Assembly (NCBI GenBank): GCA_045601705.1
Contig: JAZSAE010000017.1
Location: forward strand, 1-43,740
DNA length: 43,740 nucleotides
Origin: Clostridia bacterium
Lineage (GTDB): Bacteria; Bacillota; Clostridia; Christensenellales; UBA1242
Direction of reading: 5' to 3'
The notes under the pieces were generated by a model. The model made no database searches. It saw only the letters and a list, made by a program, of their open reading frames with translations, and was not told the origin of the DNA. A program made the position numbers and the translations under genes. Below are positions 32,616 to 39,389 of this stretch, piece after piece (positions within the stretch are counted from its first letter, which is position 1; each line of letters begins with the position of its first letter).

Positions 32616-33020
32616 ATGCAAACATTTACAACTCAATCTCACCAAAGAAATTACCAAGGAAATGTCGTGGTCGCAACTCCTGAATACCAGGCACGTTTAA
32701 AAAAGAAACGAAAGAAAATATTTTCTGGAATTACGACTGCTATTATGGCACTTGCTGTTGTTATAACAGGCAGTTTACTCGGCGCCACGACAGTACATAA
32801 TCAACAACTAAAACACCAAGTTAAAGATTTACAAATACAAACATCACAAGTCAATGCTGTAACAGAAGATAATACTGCCAGTGAAAAAGTTTCACAGCCA
32901 ATGACATTAGAAATGAAACACGATGAAAACCCTGAACCAAAAGAAACAAAAACAGCCGACAATTCACAACGTCGACTGCATCATTTAAAAAAAGTAAAAC
33001 CGTTACCCGTTACTGAATAA
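32616..33020 (+). CDS. Hypothetical bitopic membrane protein
   Basis: SD AGGAGG. Basic patch KKKRKK, a single TM, a short coiled coil and a disordered tail. Confidence 0.75.
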   Translation: MQTFTTQSHQRNYQGNVVVATPEYQARLKKKRKKIFSGITTAIMALAVVITGSLLGATTVHNQQLKHQVKDLQIQTSQVNAVTEDNTASEKVSQPMTLEMKHDENPEPKETKTADNSQRRLHHLKKVKPLPVTE

Positions 33021-33022
33021 AA

Positions 33023-34570
33023 TTAAACTAAAACACGGTCGTGCATCTTATCACCAGTGATTTCAATCACACGAGTTGCAACTGTATCGATAATTTCTTC
33101 GTCACTGGTATAAAATAACATTACGGCCTTGCTACGAATCATACCTTGGTTCAAGGCTGTAATACTTTCCAAATCCAAGTGATTAGTTGGTTCGTTAAAG
33201 ATTAAAAGATTTCCCTGCTCTAACATTGTTTTTGCTAACATACAACGCACTCTTTCACCACCAGACAAAACATCGGCTTTTTTCAAAGCTTCTTCACCAG
33301 AGAATAACATACGCCCTAACCAACTACGAATGAAAGTTTCATTTGTATCTTGCGAATATTGTTTAAGCCAATCTAACAAATTTAAATTAACACCTTCAAA
33401 ATAAGAACGATAATCTGCTGGCAAATATGAAGTCGTAATAGTCTTGCCGATAGTTACTGTACCACTATCGGCTTTTTCTAAGCCCATAATAACATTAAAC
33501 AATTTATCCATACGGACACTTTTATCGGTTAAGAAAGCAACTTTTTCGCCCTTGTTAATACGGAACGAAACGTTACGAAAGAAACCATTGACGGTTAAAT
33601 TCTCAACAGCCAAAATTTCATTACCTGGCTCACGAGCGCATTCAAAATTGATATATGGATATTTACGTGAAGATGGTTTAATATCTTCAATCGTGAGTTT
33701 TTCTAATTCTTTTTTACGGCTGGTTGCTTGACGTGATTTACTTGCATTCGCCGAGAAACGAGCAATAAAATCTTTTAATTCTTGTGCACGAGCTTCGGCT
33801 TTTTTATTTGCTTCTTTTTGTTGTTTTAATAGCAACTGACTGGTTTCATACCAGAAGTCATAGTTACCAACAAACATATTGATTTGATTAAAGTCAACAT
33901 CACAAATGTGTGTACAAACTTGGTTCAAGAAGTGACGATTGTGCGACACAATAATAGTAATATTTTTGAAATCCAACAAGAATTCTTCGAGCCAATGTGT
34001 ACCAGCCAAATCCAAGTTGTTTGTCGGTTCATCTAGAATCAAAATATCTGGATTACCAAACAAAGCACGTGCCAACAAAGCCTTAACTTTGATTTTCGCA
34101 TCCAAATCTTTCATTTTTTGGTCGTGGAATTCTTCGCTGACACCCAAACCGGACAACATAATACGAGCATTACTTTCAGCATCCCATCCATCTAATTCGG
34201 CAAATTCAGCTTCCAAAGCACCTAACTCATTTCCCTGTTCTTCGGTCATTTCGGGCAACGCATAATACTTTTCTTTTAAAGCAATAATTTCTGCCAAACG
34301 TTGATGACCACCAATCACAGTGTTAACAACGGTCAATTCGTCAAAGGCATTTTGGTTTTGCGCTAAAGTAGAAATACGTTTATTCTTACCAACAACAACT
34401 TCACCTTTATTCGGAGTAATTTCGCCAGATAAAATTTTCAAAAAAGTTGATTTACCTGCCCCATTTGCTCCAATAATGCCATAACATTCACCCGGTAAAA
34501 ATTTCAAATTAACGTCTTTAAATAAAACACGTTTTCCATATTGCAAAGATACATTTACTACTTGAATCAT
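33023..34570 (-). CDS. ABC-F family ATPase (YbiT/YkpA-like)
   Basis: Two NBDs and no TMD. GANGAGKST, LDEPTNNLD, GNYDFW, FSANASKSRQATSRKK linker and LSGGE. Promoter TTTCAA-17-TATACT-7-ATG. Confidence 0.93.
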   Translation of the reverse strand: MIQVVNVSLQYGKRVLFKDVNLKFLPGECYGIIGANGAGKSTFLKILSGEITPNKGEVVVGKNKRISTLAQNQNAFDELTVVNTVIGGHQRLAEIIALKEKYYALPEMTEEQGNELGALEAEFAELDGWDAESNARIMLSGLGVSEEFHDQKMKDLDAKIKVKALLARALFGNPDILILDEPTNNLDLAGTHWLEEFLLDFKNITIIVSHNRHFLNQVCTHICDVDFNQINMFVGNYDFWYETSQLLLKQQKEANKKAEARAQELKDFIARFSANASKSRQATSRKKELEKLTIEDIKPSSRKYPYINFECAREPGNEILAVENLTVNGFFRNVSFRINKGEKVAFLTDKSVRMDKLFNVIMGLEKADSGTVTIGKTITTSYLPADYRSYFEGVNLNLLDWLKQYSQDTNETFIRSWLGRMLFSGEEALKKADVLSGGERVRCMLAKTMLEQGNLLIFNEPTNHLDLESITALNQGMIRSKAVMLFYTSDEEIIDTVATRVIEITGDKMHDRVLV

Positions 34571-34630
34571 ATTTGGTAGTATATCACATTCTGGACCGAA
34601 TTGAAACGTTATTTTATTAACTTAATTAAG

Positions 34631-35725
34631 TTACGCTTTCTTACGTGCTTTTGCAATCACAGCAAAAGTTACAATACCAATACCAACTACACCAACCACA
34701 CAAACACCAATAAATAATGCTTTCATCCAATCTTCATTAAACCATTTATTGTTCACATAAACTACTGTATCAATATCTTTAATGTTTAAGTGGATTGCTG
34801 GACGAACACCAGCCATTTGTTTTACTGGACGATAAACAAAACAATTTTCGTATGGTTTTTCTTCAACACCTTCTTCGCTTACACGGTCATTACTAATACA
34901 CATTACATAATGACTTTCTTGACTATCTGGTGTACGTAACCACGCACGACCAGCATTATTTGTATTATCTGTCCATTTCAAGAAATTTTCTTTTACTTTC
35001 CAAGTGCTAATAAGTTCAACAATTGATGGTAACCATAAAACAGCATCTGTTCCCAAACCATATTTAGCTGTTAATTTGCTTGTTGCTGATTCAACTGTAA
35101 CATTATTGATATCGCTTTTACTGTACGCAAGTTGCGCAACAGTCATTGTTGTTTGAACTTCGTTTGTTCCAATCACACTACCACGAACAACTTTGTCTTT
35201 GTATTTTGCGTAGTCTTTATTATTAAGCATTTTTTCTGATTCAGATTCTAAAAATTTATTGACAGCACTGCGACCAAGTTTCACAACACCATCATCGCTT
35301 TGCCAATCAGTATTTGTGTAACCGTTTGACCAAATATTAGTAGTAATCACACCATCAACAATATCGTGATGTTTACCATCACCTGCCCAAGTTGTTTCGT
35401 TAAAAATTGCACCTGTATATGGATCAGCCATATAAAAAGTTGCAACGTTTTGGTCTTCGTTTACAAAAACAACACGCCAATCATAACCGAAGAAATTAAA
35501 TACCTTACCACTGGTAACAGCAGCAATTAAATCGTCCTTACGGAAATTATAATTTCCTGCTTCATCAAATAAGGCATCACCTTTTAATTTTCCATCATTA
35601 TTGCTTGCAGTAAGTACCTGCTTTGCTTGTGCTTGGAATTGCAAAGCTGGAACAGTTGCACAGCCACAAACAAACAATGCCAAACATACTAATAAAAAAC
35701 TGTAAAATAAATTTTTAATTTTCAT
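34631..35725 (-). CDS. Exported DUF6273-like (CLec-type fold) protein with an N-terminal signal/lipobox and a C-terminal TM anchor
   Basis: LFVCGC lipobox-like sequence, YDWRVV, LWLPSIVE, AWLRTP...GVRPAIHL, and a C-terminal TM plus KARKKA. SD AAGGGG before ATG 35725. Confidence 0.65.
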   Translation of the reverse strand: MKIKNLFYSFLLVCLALFVCGCATVPALQFQAQAKQVLTASNNDGKLKGDALFDEAGNYNFRKDDLIAAVTSGKVFNFFGYDWRVVFVNEDQNVATFYMADPYTGAIFNETTWAGDGKHHDIVDGVITTNIWSNGYTNTDWQSDDGVVKLGRSAVNKFLESESEKMLNNKDYAKYKDKVVRGSVIGTNEVQTTMTVAQLAYSKSDINNVTVESATSKLTAKYGLGTDAVLWLPSIVELISTWKVKENFLKWTDNTNNAGRAWLRTPDSQESHYVMCISNDRVSEEGVEEKPYENCFVYRPVKQMAGVRPAIHLNIKDIDTVVYVNNKWFNEDWMKALFIGVCVVGVVGIGIVTFAVIAKARKKA

Positions 35726-35732
35726 ATTTTGA

Positions 35733-35779
35733 TTTCCCCTTTCGACTATATGATAGCCTAAAAAAGGGGGAAAAGTCAA
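35733..35779 (-). promoter_or_regulatory. Internal promoter overlapping an SD-sequestering hairpin
   Basis: TTGACT-18-TATCAT. TTTCCCCCTTT is complementary to the downstream AAAGGGGAAA (the SD). Confidence 0.5.
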
Positions 35780-36276
35780 TCCCCCTGTTTAATTTTTTTC
35801 AACATTTTTTGTTCAGCCTTACTTAATCGAGAATTTTCAAATGATTTAACTTTGACTGGTGTAACACCATCGCCATTTGCAACGGCCTTTTTTCTTACAG
35901 GCATTTGGTCAAAAGCTGATTGTGACGCTGTAATTCCTTGTGTACCTTCGGCAATTCCAAAAATGCGTTTTGCCACAGACTGTACAAACTCTTCCGAACT
36001 CAAAGCCCCCATTGCTTGTTCCAAATCAGCTTTCTGATAAGGGTCATCGGCTTTAAATTCTGTATTTTCAAGAAATGCTTTCGCACGGTCTTTTGCATAC
36101 TGCTTACGTAAAAACTCTACTTCGGCTTCGGCAGTACGTTCGGCAATATTTTGTGTAGATATCTTACGTGCTTCGTCATGTATTTTTAAACGTTGAGTTA
36201 GTTTGTCCATACCTATGATTAACAACCATAGGATAACTAAACCAGCAATGCCCAAAAAAAGCCATAACCAATCCAT
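35776..36276 (-). CDS. Hypothetical protein with an N-terminal TM anchor
   Basis: 166-aa ORF. Promoter TTGTCA-17-TAAGTT-6-ATG. Confidence 0.75.
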   Translation of the reverse strand: MDWLWLFLGIAGLVILWLLIIGMDKLTQRLKIHDEARKISTQNIAERTAEAEVEFLRKQYAKDRAKAFLENTEFKADDPYQKADLEQAMGALSSEEFVQSVAKRIFGIAEGTQGITASQSAFDQMPVRKKAVANGDGVTPVKVKSFENSRLSKAEQKMLKKIKQGD

Positions 36277-36312
36277 ACCAATAACTTAACGTGAAAATAA
36301 AATTTTGACAAC

Positions 36313-39300
36313 TTATTTTACAGGTTGTTCGTTTTCAACAATAGCAACTTTAGTTTTCTTATCACGACAGAAAATTGCGTAGAAAGCTGGAACAACAAGC
36401 AAAGTAGTAATTGTACCAAATAACAAACCACCGATTGAAACTACAGCCAATGGTTGCATCAACGCACCACTACCACCTGGATTAAAGAAAGACCAACCAA
36501 ACGCCATCGGCACCATTGCTAAAATTGTGGTCAATGCTGTCATAAAGATTGGACGTAAACGAGTACGTACCGAAGCAACTAACGCTTCTTTCACCGACAA
36601 ACCGTCACGACGTGCTTGGTTGGCATAGTCAACAGCTAAGATACCATTGTTAATGACAACACCCATCAAAATTAAACAACCAATCAACGCTGGAAGTGAC
36701 AAAGGCATATTGCACATTGCTAACAAGATGAAAGCGCCAGTGAAACCTAACGGAACACAAATCAAAATAATAAATGGCATCAAGAATGATTGGAAAATTG
36801 CCACCATTACTAAATAAATCAATAAGAAACCAACCAACAAAGCCATACCCATTGAGGAATATGTTTCGGTCATTTGTTCTTCAAAGCCATTATCCAAAAT
36901 TGAAACTGACTTATCTTTGAAGTCGTCACTGTTCATCAATTCGTCTAAGTATTGATTCAAAGTGGACTGAATTTTAGTTGTATCAGCACTCGGATTAGCT
37001 TTGATTGAAATGGTTGCAGCATAACGACCGTTACTTTTTACAATCTTCACACCTTTGTTTTGGTCATAGATAACGGCACGGATACCAAGTTCATCCATCT
37101 TATCGGCAAACTTATTTTCCAAAGCCACACTAAAATCATCAAGCACACCACAAGCAACTTCGTAAGCCGTTTCTGTTGCATTGGCACGCGCATCAACTGT
37201 CAAAGTAACCGAAACTTCATTTGCCATTAGACCACTTGCCATAGAAGATGTTGCCACGTCAAAATCTGCAAAATAATTATTTTCATAATTTTGCAAAGCA
37301 TTATAAAGTTTTTCACTTGCTTGGTCGGTTGTCAGACTACGGTCGTCTTTTAATTTAACTTCCATTGTAATTGAAGCAACACCACCAGATAATACGTTCG
37401 CACCTGAATCATAGGCAATCACACATTTTTCAATATCATTACCTAAAACATCCATTACTTCATTGTATAAAGGTTGCGCTAAATCCTTTTCAGTATTCTT
37501 ATCAGCCACTTTGTTACCTGCAACTAATTTACCGTCAGTTGTTAAAGCAGCCGAAATGCTCAAAGTTCCTTCGTCGGTTGATGGCATTAAAATGAAGCCA
37601 TTGACCAACAATAAGCAAGCCGAACCAATAAACAAAACAAAAGCCAAAACAACAGTTAACCATTTTTTGTTAATGGCAAAGCGCACAGTCTTTTCAAAAA
37701 CTCGACCGGCTTTTTCACAGAAACTACTCCACCCGGTACACATTTTTTGCCAAAAGTTTGGTTTCTTATTTGCAACAACAACTTTCTCTTGTTTGGGATT
37801 GATTTTGAAAGTTGATACAATTGATGGCAAGAACATAACAGCCACCACAAAGGAACAAATCAAAGATAAAATCACAACCCAAACCAAGTCGATGAAGATT
37901 TCCATCATCATACCTTCCAAGAAAAACATTGGGAAGAAAACGCAGATGGTGGTCAAAGTTGAAGCCAACATCGCCATCATAATTTGTGACGCACCCTTAA
38001 CACACGCATCCTTCAGCGACATACCTTTGTTACGTAAACGGAAAATATTTTCCAATACGACAACCGAATTATCAACCAACATACCAACAGCCAAAGCTAA
38101 ACCAGCCATTGAAATGATGTTTAAATTGATTCCCATAAAATACATTGCAACAAAAGTTCCAACCAAAGCCAACGGGATTGAAATACCAATTGCTAAAGTC
38201 ATTTTGATTGAACGCAAGAACAAGAACAAAACGATTAAAGCTAAAACACCACCAACAATTAAGTTTTCACCGACCGAACCAATTGATTCGTTAATGTAAT
38301 CGCCTTGACTACTGATAATATCGTAAGTAAAGTTTGGATTTTCAGCTTTCAATTTTTCCAAAGTCACAATTACATTCGCACAAACTTCGGTTGTTACAGC
38401 ATTACTGCTCTTTTGAATCGCAATACTGTAAGTATTAACTAAACCGTCTTTAGAACTTTGCCAAGCTTGGTCTTGGTTGGTCATACTGCTGTCAATGTTC
38501 GATGAAACCGTACCAACACCAACCGTTGTCGAAATTTTATTCAAAACTTCATTTTCCAACCATTCTTGCTTTTTATCATCATCAGTTTCACCTTCGTAAG
38601 CCACAGTCACGTTCATTACAGCCAACAACGATGGGTCAATTTTCAAAATAGTTTTGTTAAATTTTGTTCCATAAGCCACAGTATCGTCCAAAGCCATATT
38701 TTCAAAAGCCAAAGACAATGCCGTTAAATCCACGGTCGCATCGCTGTTGTATTCCAAAGTCAACATCACCAAACCAAACTGGAACATTGTCGTACTACTG
38801 GTGTTTTTAATACCATTCACACCAGACAAAGCCAACAAAGCTTCATCAGTCAAAACTTCCAATTGACGGTCGTTCGGCATTACCGAAGCCAAGATTTCTT
38901 GTGGAGTACCTTCGGTTTGTATATTTAATAAGTAGTGTTTTAAAACCAAGTTCTCGGGATTGATACTGGTCGACTCAATTTGACCTGCTAAAAAAAGCAT
39001 CATTTCGTTAACATCACCAGCCAATACCATCCCCGTAGCATCATCAGTATAACGGTCTTCGTTTTCCACTGCTTTTTTTGCACGGTCAACGACATCTGCT
39101 AACTTTTCGTTGTACTGCTCCATTAAGTAAGATTCGTTCGGGTTAAGCACCACCACGGCGTATGGCAAGTTCATTGACGGGAACAAATCCACCGACATTT
39201 TAGAGAACGCAAATACGCCCAAAACGATAATTGCCATAATACAAACAAAAACGGTGTACGGTTTATGTACACCGACTTTTGCCAGCCAATTATCTTGAAT

Positions 39301-39333
39301 ATTTTTGTCTAATTGATCTTGATTTTTTTCCAT
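36313..39333 (-). CDS. RND (AcrB/SwrC-like) efflux permease with remodelled extracytoplasmic domains
   Basis: DLFPSM, FLFLRSIK, GMLVDNSVVVLENI, MPSTDEG, GVVINNGIL and RLRPIFMTALTT. Promoter TTGACA-17-CATAAT-8-ATG. Confidence 0.92.
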   Translation of the reverse strand: MEKNQDQLDKNIQDNWLAKVGVHKPYTVFVCIMAIIVLGVFAFSKMSVDLFPSMNLPYAVVVLNPNESYLMEQYNEKLADVVDRAKKAVENEDRYTDDATGMVLAGDVNEMMLFLAGQIESTSINPENLVLKHYLLNIQTEGTPQEILASVMPNDRQLEVLTDEALLALSGVNGIKNTSSTTMFQFGLVMLTLEYNSDATVDLTALSLAFENMALDDTVAYGTKFNKTILKIDPSLLAVMNVTVAYEGETDDDKKQEWLENEVLNKISTTVGVGTVSSNIDSSMTNQDQAWQSSKDGLVNTYSIAIQKSSNAVTTEVCANVIVTLEKLKAENPNFTYDIISSQGDYINESIGSVGENLIVGGVLALIVLFLFLRSIKMTLAIGISIPLALVGTFVAMYFMGINLNIISMAGLALAVGMLVDNSVVVLENIFRLRNKGMSLKDACVKGASQIMMAMLASTLTTICVFFPMFFLEGMMMEIFIDLVWVVILSLICSFVVAVMFLPSIVSTFKINPKQEKVVVANKKPNFWQKMCTGWSSFCEKAGRVFEKTVRFAINKKWLTVVLAFVLFIGSACLLLVNGFILMPSTDEGTLSISAALTTDGKLVAGNKVADKNTEKDLAQPLYNEVMDVLGNDIEKCVIAYDSGANVLSGGVASITMEVKLKDDRSLTTDQASEKLYNALQNYENNYFADFDVATSSMASGLMANEVSVTLTVDARANATETAYEVACGVLDDFSVALENKFADKMDELGIRAVIYDQNKGVKIVKSNGRYAATISIKANPSADTTKIQSTLNQYLDELMNSDDFKDKSVSILDNGFEEQMTETYSSMGMALLVGFLLIYLVMVAIFQSFLMPFIILICVPLGFTGAFILLAMCNMPLSLPALIGCLILMGVVINNGILAVDYANQARRDGLSVKEALVASVRTRLRPIFMTALTTILAMVPMAFGWSFFNPGGSGALMQPLAVVSIGGLLFGTITTLLVVPAFYAIFCRDKKTKVAIVENEQPVK

Positions 39334-39389
39334 AAGTACTTATTATGTACCTAGTTGGAATTTTTGTCAATGACGCTCGTACAAAATTC

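Noticed and set aside
37463-38299. 278-aa plus-strand ORF inside the RND gene
   Set aside because: In-register antisense shadow of a hydrophobic gene, with no independent signals.
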